From: an uncultured Candidatus Berkelbacteria bacterium
GTDB lineage: Bacteria; Patescibacteriota; UBA1384; UBA12157; JAENIV01
DNA length: 64,000 nt
NCBI GenBank assembly: GCA_963698075.1
Contig: OY969116.1
Location: 83,881 to 147,880 of the forward strand
Reading direction: 5' to 3'
Below the pieces are notes generated by a model. It saw only the letters and a list, made by a program, of their open reading frames with translations, had not been told where the DNA came from and did not search any database. A program made the translations under genes and the position numbers. The stretch's first letter is position 1. Each line of letters opens with the position of its first letter. Shown here piece by piece: positions 41,154-51,172 of the stretch.

Positions 41154-41483
41154 TTACTTTACCTTGTAAACGGCGTCGTCTTCGCGCACTTTGTCGGAGA
41201 CCTTGACACCAATGACATCGCCTTTTTTGGCGCTCTCGACATCTTTGTGGTTGATCTGGATCGAATCAATGGTTTGGTCAATGTCGGTGGTGTGGCCTTT
41301 GATTTTGACTTTGTCACCGACGGCCAGTTTGTCTTTGAGTTTGACAATGCCAACGCCTAACTTTGAGTAGTAGTGCTCAATACAGCCGACACACTTGCCC
41401 TCAACTTTTTTCTCCGCTTTTTTAGCCGCACCTTTTTTGGCCGTTCCTTCGCATGTTTTTTCTTCACATTTTCCGCAAGACAA
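41154..41483 (-). CDS. Translation-factor-like beta-barrel protein (peptidase U32 C-terminal-like)
   Basis: HYYSKLGVG, GD.V.IKGHTTD, KVREDD.VY. Confidence 0.8.
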   Translation of the reverse strand: MSCGKCEEKTCEGTAKKGAAKKAEKKVEGKCVGCIEHYYSKLGVGIVKLKDKLAVGDKVKIKGHTTDIDQTIDSIQINHKDVESAKKGDVIGVKVSDKVREDDAVYKVK

Positions 41484-41603
41484 TTTTTATCACCTCCCTT
41501 CGTAATTTAATTATAGCAGGAAATATTTAATATTCAACAAGATACCTTGATATTTTAATCTAATCTGATATAATGGGCTCAAATCCCAACAGGAGGGATC
41601 GGG

Positions 41604-41948
41604 ATGAAGATTCTGGTGGCTGATGACGATCCTACATGGCGTCGGATTAACGCCAGGTACCTTGCCGAGGCTGGGCACGAGGTAGTTGAGGCCAAGGACG
41701 AACTGGAGGCCATGGCATTTTTTCGCCAAGACATCAATGGTTACGGCGCTGTGGTGTCTGACAACGATATGGTCCAGCAAGGTGCGGGGATTAACATTCT
41801 TAAGGAAATGAAGGAGCTTCGACCAACGGGATTGCGTTGCGTGCTGATAACCGGCAGGGATATCAAGACACTTCCCGAATGGATTGATCAACTCGTCGAC
41901 AAAGCGGACTTTTCGAAAGAGGCATTGCTCGCGGCCATCACCGCCTAA
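41604..41948 (+). CDS. Single-domain response regulator (receiver only)
   Basis: ILVADDD, SDNDM, ITG, K; AGGAGG RBS. Confidence 0.85.
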   Translation: MKILVADDDPTWRRINARYLAEAGHEVVEAKDELEAMAFFRQDINGYGAVVSDNDMVQQGAGINILKEMKELRPTGLRCVLITGRDIKTLPEWIDQLVDKADFSKEALLAAITA

Positions 41949-42030
41949 CAACATCGAGACTTACCACAGCGACCAGAGGGTTCAAACAATGAACCCTCTT
42001 TTGAGTTTAATCGGATTTGACTTTAGACAC

Positions 42031-42093
42031 TTGACAAAAGGGCTAAAGTGTGCTACAATATGGGGTCTTTCGCCAGTGCGGAAGACTTTTTTT
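42031..42093 (+). promoter_or_regulatory. Promoter plus terminator-like leader hairpin
   Basis: TTGACA-N17-TACAAT, then GTCTTTCGC-cagt-GCGGAAGAC-T7. Confidence 0.7.
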
Positions 42094-42157
42094 AACCTTG
42101 AAATTCGTCTTTCTGGTCTTACTTACTCCTAACAGGGTAGGATAAGGTGCAGATAAG

Positions 42158-42853
42158 GTGATTTCAAGAATAAGGACTTCTTCAAACATGTTAACCAAAA
42201 TTGTCTCTGGAACGTACTTTCACAACTTCGTCAAAAATAAATTTACCAAGATTTCGGCTGCCAGCATGATCGTTAAAATGCTTTTAGTGGTCGCGATCTT
42301 CGGTTTAGAACCAGTCAACAGCCATCAAACCTACAATACGGCCGTCAAGTTAGATAGTAATTCACCGACCGCGTTAGCTGGTAAAGATCGCCAAGTTGCG
42401 ATTGAATCTAGCGTTTCCAACTTCGACGCCAAAAAAAGCGCTGCATTACGCGGTCAAATCGCCTACGCTCGACACATTGAATCACCTGCGGGAATCGAAA
42501 ACTATATCGGATTGTATAAAGACGCGGCTGCTCGCTATGGTATTCCGTGGAATGTTTTAGCCGCTGTCCACTATGTCGAGTCTGGCGCTTCCGGTTCAAC
42601 CGACCGTTCATCCGGCGCCGGCGCTCAAGGTCCAATGCAGTTTATGCCTGGTACCTGGAGAGCTTACGGTGTTGATGCTGACGGTGACGGTGTCGCTGAT
42701 GCCACCAATGTTAATGACGCTGTCTATGGTGCGGCTAACTTGTTAGCCGCGGGTGGTGCTGCTGAAGGTAACGTTGATGGTGCTTTGTTCAACTACAACC
42801 ACGCTCAGTGGTATGTAAATAAGGTGAATGAAGTTGCCTCTAGCATCCAATAA
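42158..42853 (+). CDS. Lytic transglycosylase (SLT domain)
   Basis: LAAVHYVES, SGAGAQGPMQFMPGTW, YNH..WYV. Confidence 0.9.
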   Translation: MISRIRTSSNMLTKIVSGTYFHNFVKNKFTKISAASMIVKMLLVVAIFGLEPVNSHQTYNTAVKLDSNSPTALAGKDRQVAIESSVSNFDAKKSAALRGQIAYARHIESPAGIENYIGLYKDAAARYGIPWNVLAAVHYVESGASGSTDRSSGAGAQGPMQFMPGTWRAYGVDADGDGVADATNVNDAVYGAANLLAAGGAAEGNVDGALFNYNHAQWYVNKVNEVASSIQ

Positions 42854-42952
42854 GGATCTAAGCAACTCCAAAAAGAGCCCCTCTGTTCGCCAATTGGACA
42901 AAGGCTCTTTTTGGTATGGAAAATTAATATGCGGAAGCCGGCCCAACTTCCG

Positions 42953-43906
42953 TCAGGCCGGCTCATCAGGTTCGTCACTTGTCTCCTCTCCGAAGAGCGA
43001 AACAGGCTTACCGGCTTCGGCGATCTCGCCTTGCTTTAACGTAAGCTGGGCTTGTAGATCGCCCAGCTTACTAGCCGCCGTTCGGACACGGGCTTCAGCG
43101 GCTTCGAGCTCGCCTCGGGCGCTCTCGATTTGGGCTTCCAGCCGTCGTCCATCTTCCTCGAGCTTTCTCAGGCGGGTGTAAGCCTGGTTCTGATATTGAG
43201 AAGCGGCGAGCTCTAGGAGAATTTCAGTAGGGGCATAGCGCTTCTCATCCTGCGAGTCTGGCATCAACAACCCTCTTGCTACCAGCCTTGGTACGATAAA
43301 GCGGAGAGTGTTGGCGTGACTAACGTTTCCACTCCTCACACGCCGACTCGCTGCCTGTCTGATCATCTCAAGGGTGAAGCACTCCTCTCCCTCTGTCTTC
43401 ATATCCTCATAGAGTTGGAGGGCGATCACTCTTCTGCCGCCGAAGCCCGTCAGGTCGTCAGCGAGTTCGTTCCATTGCTCAACCCAAGCTTGATGTTGCT
43501 GGCGTCTGTTCTTTGATCTCGCTGCTTGGGCCTCCTCTTCGGCATACCGCTCCTTATGACGCTCCATCCAAGCAACCAGTTCTGGCTTGGCCGATCGGAG
43601 GATGCTTTCGGCGATCGCGACGGATGGGCAAAGGAGGAAGCACTTCCAGCGGTAGAGATTACCTTGAGGCTTTGTCCGGAGTTCAAGAGCCACCGGGTTA
43701 GACTCATTGAAGCAGAAGGCCTCTACCTCGGGAGTGTAGCTTGATCCCTTCATCCGTCGGGCTTCAACGAATAGGAGGTATTCATGCCTCTGGTCTGGCT
43801 GGGGAAAGATCTGCTGGAGCCAGAGGGCCACGGCGTGTTCGAAGCTTGGCTCATCGACTGTGTAGCTATGCTGGCCAAGCAGCTTAGCCTTCACGAGATG
43901 CGGCAT
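42953..43906 (-). CDS. GC-rich hypothetical protein with possible winged-helix and coiled coil
   Basis: 317-aa ORF, GAGG RBS. Confidence 0.75.
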   Translation of the reverse strand: MPHLVKAKLLGQHSYTVDEPSFEHAVALWLQQIFPQPDQRHEYLLFVEARRMKGSSYTPEVEAFCFNESNPVALELRTKPQGNLYRWKCFLLCPSVAIAESILRSAKPELVAWMERHKERYAEEEAQAARSKNRRQQHQAWVEQWNELADDLTGFGGRRVIALQLYEDMKTEGEECFTLEMIRQAASRRVRSGNVSHANTLRFIVPRLVARGLLMPDSQDEKRYAPTEILLELAASQYQNQAYTRLRKLEEDGRRLEAQIESARGELEAAEARVRTAASKLGDLQAQLTLKQGEIAEAGKPVSLFGEETSDEPDEPA

Positions 43907-44117
43907 TGCGGTTACCTCGCCTTCTGGTTAACGTTCGCCCAATAAAAAAATACAGCGCCTGATGTTAATTAGCAAGTAGGCAACCGTCACCTGGCCCTTT
44001 GCAGCTTGCCTGTTGGAGAAAATATCCTCTGTCCGCCTTTCGGACACGGGCTCTTTTTGGTATGAGAAAGCCGGCGCTAACGGGCGCCGGCGAATGGTTG
44101 TTATAGTTGGGCTGTTA

Positions 44118-44435
44118 TCAAATGCTTACGATTGCATAGATAACTAACAATGCCATTATGGCGGTGACGACCGAGAAGGCAAAATCCATACCTCGATCTT
44201 CGCGGTCCGCCTTCTCCCAATTGGGAGCTGTTAGGATGAGCGCCCATCCGGTAGCAGACATCACTGCCACTTGGAAAAGACAAATCCCCAGGAAGATGCG
44301 GGGATGGTTAGAGGCTGTACCGGTGATAACCGTGATCATCTCAAGCAGAAAAAAGGATATGCCGAAACGATAGCAGAGACGATGCATTCGCTGGCGAAAT
44401 TCGTATCGCCTGTCAGTTAAGTTCCGGCAGTTCAT
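44118..44435 (-). CDS. Three-TM small membrane protein
   Basis: GGAGG RBS; hydrophobic segments. Confidence 0.65.
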   Translation of the reverse strand: MNCRNLTDRRYEFRQRMHRLCYRFGISFFLLEMITVITGTASNHPRIFLGICLFQVAVMSATGWALILTAPNWEKADREDRGMDFAFSVVTAIMALLVIYAIVSI

Positions 44436-44498
44436 CTCATCCTCCAGGAGTTTATTAATTCTATTTTCGCATGTAAAAGGCCTAATTGGCAAATCCAC

Positions 44499-44561
44499 TT
44501 GACAAAAAACGATCCTTATGCTATGCTCGGGTGTCTTCTGCTAAGCGCGGAAGATTTTTTT
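44499..44561 (+). promoter_or_regulatory. Promoter plus terminator-like leader hairpin, paralogous to 42031-42093
   Basis: TTGACA-N17-TATGCT, then GTCTTCTGC-taagc-GCGGAAGAT and a T-tract. Confidence 0.7.
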
Positions 44562-44574
44562 AATGAGGAGAAAA

Positions 44575-45204
44575 ATGTTGGTTTTAATCCCAAGATTAAT
44601 CGCCCAATTTGGGCCAAAAATTAAAAAGCTTTTCACAAGGAATTATCGGCTCCGAATTCCTCACTTAAAGATAGCTTCAAACCTAATATCTGTTTTTTTC
44701 ATTTTCGCCATGTTGCCATTAGTCGGTCTTGTAGGTGAAGCCAACTATTTAGATTCTAATTCAACGACCGTTAAGTTAGATACCAATAATCCTTTTGCCG
44801 TAACTGAACCTGATAGAACCGTCAATATCTCCGTCGGTATTTCGCGCTACGAGCTAGCTCGACGCGGAATGACTCATGATCCGGTCCAGATAAAGCTTTT
44901 AATCCAGGAAATCGCTCCTGAATACGGGGTTGATTGGCGCCTGGTTTATGCCATCGGCTATCTTGAATCAGGTAATTTTAACTCGACGCTGGCTCGCTAT
45001 CAAAACAACTTCTTTGGCCGCAAAGCTTCTTCCGGCGTTTATGCCTCCTGGCCGAATACTCTTGAAGCCATTAACAACCAATGTGAATACTTAAAGACTC
45101 GTTATATAGATAGGGGTCTTGATACTCCTTACGAAATGAATCATGTTTACGCCGAATCAGACACTTGGGGTGCCAAAGTCACTGGCATTATGAACTCTTT
45201 GTAA
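44575..45204 (+). CDS. Glucosaminidase (GH73-like) peptidoglycan hydrolase
   Basis: AIGYLESG, NNFFG, YA....W..KV. Confidence 0.85.
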   Translation: MLVLIPRLIAQFGPKIKKLFTRNYRLRIPHLKIASNLISVFFIFAMLPLVGLVGEANYLDSNSTTVKLDTNNPFAVTEPDRTVNISVGISRYELARRGMTHDPVQIKLLIQEIAPEYGVDWRLVYAIGYLESGNFNSTLARYQNNFFGRKASSGVYASWPNTLEAINNQCEYLKTRYIDRGLDTPYEMNHVYAESDTWGAKVTGIMNSL

Positions 45205-45250
45205 AAAAACACAGCCCGCTTGGGGCTGTGGGTCAAGTTCGATGGCGATC

Positions 45251-45832
45251 CTAGTTAGTATAGAAAGTCTCCGGAAAATTGCTGAGAACGTCTTCAACGA
45301 CTTGCCTTTCTTCTTGACTAAGTGTCTTCATTGTCCACTTATCGTTGATATGGCCATACCGCACAATGTCAATTGAACATTCGTCAAGAACGATATCAAC
45401 TCCGGTCGGTCGGAAACCTTGATGTTCGTAAAACCTGATGGATAGGTATGGCATAGAGAGTTGTTCTTGTCTCACCTGGTGAGGGGTTAACCAGCGGATC
45501 GGCGCGTTGATATCAGCTTTATCCATCTTTAGGTGATAGTCGTTGACGACTACATAGTTCACAGCACCGTCACCATCCAAGTAGAAAAAGGCCCAGCCAG
45601 CGGTTTTGAGGTTGTTATGGATTAGTATTCCCTTGGAGACACCGACTATCGGTCTACTGATGACCAGAGGATAAACCTCACGAAAGCCATTAACCACGAC
45701 GGATCTATGAAAAATGGTCGAGCAAAGATAGTGACGGTGATACAGGCGGCGGCTAGAAATGACAATCAAGAACAAGGCCGCAGCAAAAATGACGATCGTC
45801 ATCCAGTTGAGAAAAGTGAGTTTCCGTAACAC
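45251..45832 (-). CDS. Hypothetical protein with N-terminal TM
   Basis: GGAGG RBS, GTG start. Confidence 0.7.
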   Translation of the reverse strand: MLRKLTFLNWMTIVIFAAALFLIVISSRRLYHRHYLCSTIFHRSVVVNGFREVYPLVISRPIVGVSKGILIHNNLKTAGWAFFYLDGDGAVNYVVVNDYHLKMDKADINAPIRWLTPHQVRQEQLSMPYLSIRFYEHQGFRPTGVDIVLDECSIDIVRYGHINDKWTMKTLSQEERQVVEDVLSNFPETFYTN

Positions 45833-46009
45833 CTGGCTTACCTCCCGTGGCAGTCTATTTAAAATCTATCCTAATAATAGGAAGAAGTCAATAGCCAAAA
45901 CACCCTTCAGCAGGCTCTAAGAGGCCTAAATTAGGGACTTTTATATAGAGATATAGATAACTGCATGAAAATAGTAGTTTATTGGTTAAGGTAAAGAAGC
46001 TGGTTTGGG

Positions 46010-46408
46010 TTAGGAATATGGTTTAGAGTGTTTAAAATTATTCCAAGCCATTCTCAGCTTGTAGATTTGTCGGCTGGACTTATCGTAGCTTATTACTAGT
46101 TGATCTATTAATCTTTCCTCTATTCCATAAATATCACGACATTCCTCTAAACTAACAATGGTCTCATTGCATTCGCTTAAAGCATCATCTAAATACTTCT
46201 GAAAACCTGCTTTTTGATGACGTTTGCCATAACCTTCGGCAATTAATCTAGGGATAGTCTTGCATGACCGGCTTAGTTGGTCTGCTAAATCATATTTTTC
46301 GTTTTCGGGTAATTTCGGAATAACTTGTTTCATAACGATTAACATATCTTTATAAGTATTTTGATAGACTTCAAGATCTCTAAAACTTCGAATTGGTTTC
46401 TTTTCCAT
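46010..46408 (-). CDS. Four-helix bundle protein (23S rRNA IVP-like)
   Basis: FRDLEVYQ, LPENEKYDLADQL.R, IAEGYG. Confidence 0.9.
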   Translation of the reverse strand: MEKKPIRSFRDLEVYQNTYKDMLIVMKQVIPKLPENEKYDLADQLSRSCKTIPRLIAEGYGKRHQKAGFQKYLDDALSECNETIVSLEECRDIYGIEERLIDQLVISYDKSSRQIYKLRMAWNNFKHSKPYS

Positions 46409-46445
46409 TCAACCTTACCTTTTTTACCTAACTAGCATCCTGACC

Positions 46446-47552
46446 TTAACCGTTTTGTGTTTCTATTTTAACCTTATCGAAAACATCAGGTGGAACGATT
46501 TCATACCAGAACTGACCGGGTAAGAATTTGATCTCCGCTCCCGAAGAATCATAAAACTTGGTTCTTGATTTCAAATCCTGCTTTTTCCAGGTGGCCTCGA
46601 TTTCCTTGCCGCCATAAAAAACTAAGGCTTTCCCCTCGCCAATCGTGTCAAAAGTCCAGCTGTCTTCATTGATTCGCGTAAAACCAGGATGCCGTTCGAC
46701 TGCTTGAATAATAATATTCGTTGGTGCTAGCTGGTTACCGGTGACGGCATCTTTGTGGGGGTAGCCAGCTAGAAAACGTTGATAATTATTGTTGGACGAA
46801 TTACTCGCATTATATTCATAAGTAACTTTATATGAGGCGCTCGAGAAATTGATGGTTATTTTTTGGCTTAGGCCTGCCTCAACATTAGAGCTTTTCGAGG
46901 ATAAAAACTTAAAGCTTTCAAAATTTCCTTTCATATCCCAGCCTTTATCTTGAGCAACCTTATAGAGTTTGGCTGTTGAGGTATACATAGTGTGTTCAAC
47001 CGCTTTGCCTCGTTCAGGCTCGCGCCAGTAAGCTTTTTCACCCACGGCGAATTGATCTAAATCCAAGGCGCTTTCCACTGGGATTCGGTCCAAAGCATCA
47101 ATGTTGCCACCAACATGGCCCAAAAATGCATTATACTCCCAGGCCCAATCCAAGAAGAAAGTCCGCATCGAACGGACCGGGCCGACCTTGGTAGCTTCGC
47201 GCGGACCGTAAATGGCCATAAAGCGGGTGATCCCGCCTTCAGTGATGGCTTCATAGATAATTGAGGCTTTATCTAAACCAACCTGAGGCCGGGCATTAGG
47301 ATGATTTTCGATAATGATCGCCAAGGGGTGACGGTTGGCCAAGGATTTTTCAACCTCGGTTCCGTCGAGGGGGTTGACGGTTGTTTCCGGTTTTGGAGTT
47401 TTTCTCGTAATGATATTCGGCAAACCATCAGGCACCTTGAGGATATATTGTTTATAGGCGACAAAACCGGCCGCGCCCAGGGCGAAACCAAAAATTAGGG
47501 CAATAATAAATGTAATAATCTTTTTCCGTCTAAGTTTTCTCAAAGGATCCAT
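46446..47552 (-). CDS. DUF3048 family protein
   Basis: IEN...ARPQ.GL, EGGITRF, GPVRS.R. Confidence 0.88.
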   Translation of the reverse strand: MDPLRKLRRKKIITFIIALIFGFALGAAGFVAYKQYILKVPDGLPNIITRKTPKPETTVNPLDGTEVEKSLANRHPLAIIIENHPNARPQVGLDKASIIYEAITEGGITRFMAIYGPREATKVGPVRSMRTFFLDWAWEYNAFLGHVGGNIDALDRIPVESALDLDQFAVGEKAYWREPERGKAVEHTMYTSTAKLYKVAQDKGWDMKGNFESFKFLSSKSSNVEAGLSQKITINFSSASYKVTYEYNASNSSNNNYQRFLAGYPHKDAVTGNQLAPTNIIIQAVERHPGFTRINEDSWTFDTIGEGKALVFYGGKEIEATWKKQDLKSRTKFYDSSGAEIKFLPGQFWYEIVPPDVFDKVKIETQNG

Positions 47553-47554
47553 TT

Positions 47555-48631
47555 TCACCTCCACGCAAGTATCGTCGCTCCCTCGTCAAGGTTAACAATT
47601 TTTTGACTTGAGGATTTATCAGTCTTACTAATGTAGATGCCGTCGCCTGCCTTTAAATAACCAACCTCCTCGCCGTCAGGAGAAATCACTGGCCCCTGGT
47701 TTTTATTGTCACCCGTCAACTGAATTCGATTGCTGCCATCTGTTTTAGCGGTATAAATATTACTGCCTGATTGGCCGTGAACCTCATAGACTAAGAACTC
47801 ACCCTGAGGATCAACTTGGAAAGTAATAACCTGATTAGGCGCGACCAAATCAGTTAAATCCAAGGCATTTTTACCGTCTAAGTCAGCGCGAAAAATATTT
47901 GTTCCTTCTGATGATTGGAGAAGATAGATGATAGTGGTTTCTGAGCAAGTGGCAAATTCTAAAATATCACCAACCAAGATTTTTTCGGCTTGGCCTTGAG
48001 TAATTTGTTGGCTCCAGCAACCATTAGTCGTCTGATTTTTCGTACAATAAATAATCTTTTGGCCGTTTTTGGTCCAGGAATAATCACTCAGTTGAAGGTT
48101 TGAAGGGATTAATAACTCGTCAATCTTTCCGTCAACTAAATTTTTGACAAAGATAGTTTCGTTTTCGTTTTTGGCGGCGATAAAGGCCAACTTAGTTCCC
48201 AAGGGAGAGTATTTCGGCGCTCGAAAATCTTGCCAGCCGGCTAAATCTGTTTGTCCTCGAGTCGCCACGATCGTTGCGAGATGACTCGCCGTCTCAACCT
48301 CCCAAATTTCTAAAGAACCCTGATTATTCTTAGAATCATAGACAATCTTGGACCCATTGGGTGATGAATCAAGATGAAAAACCTCCCCTGTTGATTGGTA
48401 ACGCTGGACCCGATCGCCGGTCGCTGCCTCCAAGTTCAAATCAGGACTGGCTCGGAAAAGATTATTACCCTGGCCATAATAGATGAAACCAGCCGCACTT
48501 CGCGTCTCGATTGTCTCTGGTTGGGCGCCTGAGGCTAAAAATTTGCCCAGATATTTATTATAAAAAATAAATCCCACGAGGATAAAAATGGCGAAATAAG
48601 CGGCAAAAAGAACCCAAGTTAATTTATTCAT
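47555..48631 (-). CDS. TolB-like/PD40 beta-propeller protein
   Basis: SPNG, SPLG and SPDG repeats; N-terminal TM. Confidence 0.8.
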   Translation of the reverse strand: MNKLTWVLFAAYFAIFILVGFIFYNKYLGKFLASGAQPETIETRSAAGFIYYGQGNNLFRASPDLNLEAATGDRVQRYQSTGEVFHLDSSPNGSKIVYDSKNNQGSLEIWEVETASHLATIVATRGQTDLAGWQDFRAPKYSPLGTKLAFIAAKNENETIFVKNLVDGKIDELLIPSNLQLSDYSWTKNGQKIIYCTKNQTTNGCWSQQITQGQAEKILVGDILEFATCSETTIIYLLQSSEGTNIFRADLDGKNALDLTDLVAPNQVITFQVDPQGEFLVYEVHGQSGSNIYTAKTDGSNRIQLTGDNKNQGPVISPDGEEVGYLKAGDGIYISKTDKSSSQKIVNLDEGATILAWR

Positions 48632-48666
48632 CGCTAAATTTAAATGGATTTAAAATCCATTTTTTA

Positions 48667-50013
48667 TTACTTTTTCTCCTCACGAATTATGGGAAAAACA
48701 ATGGTAAATTGGGAGCCGACGTTTTCCATCGAATCAACGTAAATTTCGCCATTCATGCGATGGACCAATTCTCGGGTAATCCAAAGTCCCAAGCCTGTTC
48801 CGGGGATATCCATGGTTTTTTCATTCTGGATGCGGTAGAATTTTTCAAATAAGCGTTTTCTATCCTCTGGTGACATGCCGACACCCGTATCTTTAATCAT
48901 CGTTTTTAGATGTTCCTGATCGACCTGGTGAAAGATCTGAATGCCGCCTTTGAACGTATATTTGATGGCATTCCCAATGATATTATCAAGAATTTGGGCG
49001 AGACGGTCGGGATCGACAAAAATTTTCGCTCTGGGCTCGGGGAGCGGCTGATAGCTAATTTTGAGTTTCTTCTCTTCGGCTTTGACCTGAAGCTCATCAG
49101 CCACCTGACTGATAACCTTCGCCGCATCAACTGGTTGCATGTCAAATTGAACTCTTCCCTGTTCGAGGCGAGAAACATCCAGCAGCTCATTGACAAGAAC
49201 ATCTAATCTTTTAACATTGGCAAAGGCTTTTTCCACGTGTTCTTTGGTTTTCTGATCAATTTTTCCCACCACCCCTTCAAGAATCATGGATAAGTAACCT
49301 TTAATCGCCGCCATCGGCGTTTTAAGCTCGTGGGAAGCAATCGAGATGAAATCGTCTTTCATTTTGTCAACTTCTTTTAGACGCCGAAAGAGGACGGCAT
49401 ATTCAAAAAAGCGGAAATGATTGACCAAAAGCAGCAAAACAAAAAAGACGGTAATGACTAAAATAATTAGCGACTGAGAAAGCGTTTTTCTGGTCAAGGC
49501 GTCAATATCTTTCAGAGACACCCGCATATCAACTAAGGCCTTGGCCTCCCCGTTTGGATCTTTGAGGGGGGTAATGACCACCCAGTATCGTTCTTGCATT
49601 CCTGTGTCTGAGGCTAAAGAGGCAATTGATTTGTCCTCGACCCAAGCGATGGTATTTTGTAAAGATTTATAGATGAGACCCAAATTTTTAGATTCAGAAC
49701 TGGCGACGACTAAAAAGCCATCTTCTTGGGGCTCAAGGACAGTGATTTCCTTAAATTCGGTTGAGGTTTTGGTGATCTCATCAATTTTGGTTTGCAAAGC
49801 GGCATCATTGCCTAAAGAGTCAGCGACCGCCCCAGCAAAGACTTCTTCGGCGAGCGTCGCCTTGCGTTGCAGTTCGGCATCCATATTTTTTTGAGTATTA
49901 TGAATTTCCCACAAAGTATTGCCGACAATCGCCACCGGAATGAAAATTATCAAAACTAAGGAATAAATAAATTGAAAGTTTTCTTTCAAAAACGAAGGTT
50001 TTTCAGACGGCAC
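48667..50013 (-). CDS. Sensor histidine kinase
   Basis: SHELKTP, NAIKYT, DTGVG, GTGLGL; two TMs. Confidence 0.93.
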   Translation of the reverse strand: MPSEKPSFLKENFQFIYSLVLIIFIPVAIVGNTLWEIHNTQKNMDAELQRKATLAEEVFAGAVADSLGNDAALQTKIDEITKTSTEFKEITVLEPQEDGFLVVASSESKNLGLIYKSLQNTIAWVEDKSIASLASDTGMQERYWVVITPLKDPNGEAKALVDMRVSLKDIDALTRKTLSQSLIILVITVFFVLLLLVNHFRFFEYAVLFRRLKEVDKMKDDFISIASHELKTPMAAIKGYLSMILEGVVGKIDQKTKEHVEKAFANVKRLDVLVNELLDVSRLEQGRVQFDMQPVDAAKVISQVADELQVKAEEKKLKISYQPLPEPRAKIFVDPDRLAQILDNIIGNAIKYTFKGGIQIFHQVDQEHLKTMIKDTGVGMSPEDRKRLFEKFYRIQNEKTMDIPGTGLGLWITRELVHRMNGEIYVDSMENVGSQFTIVFPIIREEKK

Positions 50014-51127
50014 TCGGCTCCTTAATTGGTGAGTTCGTTGTTCTCATTTTCTTTATTTTTTTAAAATAGAGAATAATTACCATGACTAAAATTGCCAGCG
50101 CGACCAGCCCCCCAGCCAGATAAAGATAATTTTTGAGCGCCTGTTTTTGGGGGTCAATCAGATTCAAAGAGGCGCCGGTAGGATTGTCAGTGCCCGCTTG
50201 AGCCCGAGCAATGGCGAAAGGATAGGGACCCGACTGGACAATTTGGCCGTCTTGGTTTACTTCGATGTAAACTTCGTGCTGACCTGGTTCTAAGGGCTTT
50301 TCCAGAATGTATTGCCAATCACCTGACGAATCAGCTTTCGCGGTCATGACTAAAGGCTGTGATTTGATGGTAATTTTAAGATATGAATCAGCAAAAGACT
50401 TTCCCGAAAAAAGGAGGAATTTTTGGTTATTGGTCGTTTGGCGCCCATCAATTTTGGTCAAATGCAAGGGTTTATCTTGGTCAAGCTTAAATTCGATCGT
50501 CGCCAACACTTGAGAACTGGCGATCATTTCTTGAAGGGAGGTGGTGGTTGAGGGGGTGGGTGTCGTTGCCGGTATTGCCACGGGAATGGGTGATAAATCC
50601 GGTCGGCCAACAATGGGACGCATGGAGGTGGTCATTGAAGGAGATGGGGTTGGTGTCGATGTAGGGGTGACTTTAGGCGAGGACGAGGGACTTTTGTTGG
50701 TGGTCGCGTGCGTGGGGGTGGGAGAGGGTGTGATGGGTAAAGTATGGGTGCCGTTACTAACCTTTACCGTAACACCCGAAGAGTAATAAGTGATTCCACT
50801 TATCTGGGCCGCGGTTTTTATCAGGTGGAGTCCGTCGGGCACTTGGGTAGTATCCCAAGAACAAACATAACTTGGAAAAGTGGTTTGAGTACAGCTGGCG
50901 TTGGTTGGACCAGTCTCGCTATCAAGATAAAGTCCAATCCAAGATGTCGTCATTATTACTGATCCGCCTACATTGACCGTCCCTGCCAGGGGTGGATCGT
51001 TGCTCGTCGGATAATCAATTTTGATGTAATCCGGCTGGGCCGAGGCGACACCAAAGATGGTGAAGTTAAGGGTAAGAAGAAAAAGAACAAGAATAAACCC
51101 GCTTGAAAACCTTGAGATCCTTTTCAT
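50003..51127 (-). CDS. Surface protein with Ig-like domains, P/T linker and C-terminal anchor
   Basis: Signal peptide, WDTTQVPDG, AD.SG.W..LEPG.H, C-terminal TM. Confidence 0.8.
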   Translation of the reverse strand: MKRISRFSSGFILVLFLLTLNFTIFGVASAQPDYIKIDYPTSNDPPLAGTVNVGGSVIMTTSWIGLYLDSETGPTNASCTQTTFPSYVCSWDTTQVPDGLHLIKTAAQISGITYYSSGVTVKVSNGTHTLPITPSPTPTHATTNKSPSSSPKVTPTSTPTPSPSMTTSMRPIVGRPDLSPIPVAIPATTPTPSTTTSLQEMIASSQVLATIEFKLDQDKPLHLTKIDGRQTTNNQKFLLFSGKSFADSYLKITIKSQPLVMTAKADSSGDWQYILEKPLEPGQHEVYIEVNQDGQIVQSGPYPFAIARAQAGTDNPTGASLNLIDPQKQALKNYLYLAGGLVALAILVMVIILYFKKIKKMRTTNSPIKEPSAV

Positions 51128-51172
51128 ATCCCTCCTTTAAACTAATATCTCAAAAACACCCCTCGGAATTTA

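Noticed and set aside
46010-46408. Four-helix bundle gene as a DGR accessory (Avd)
   Set aside because: No reverse transcriptase or TR/VR pair seen in the window.
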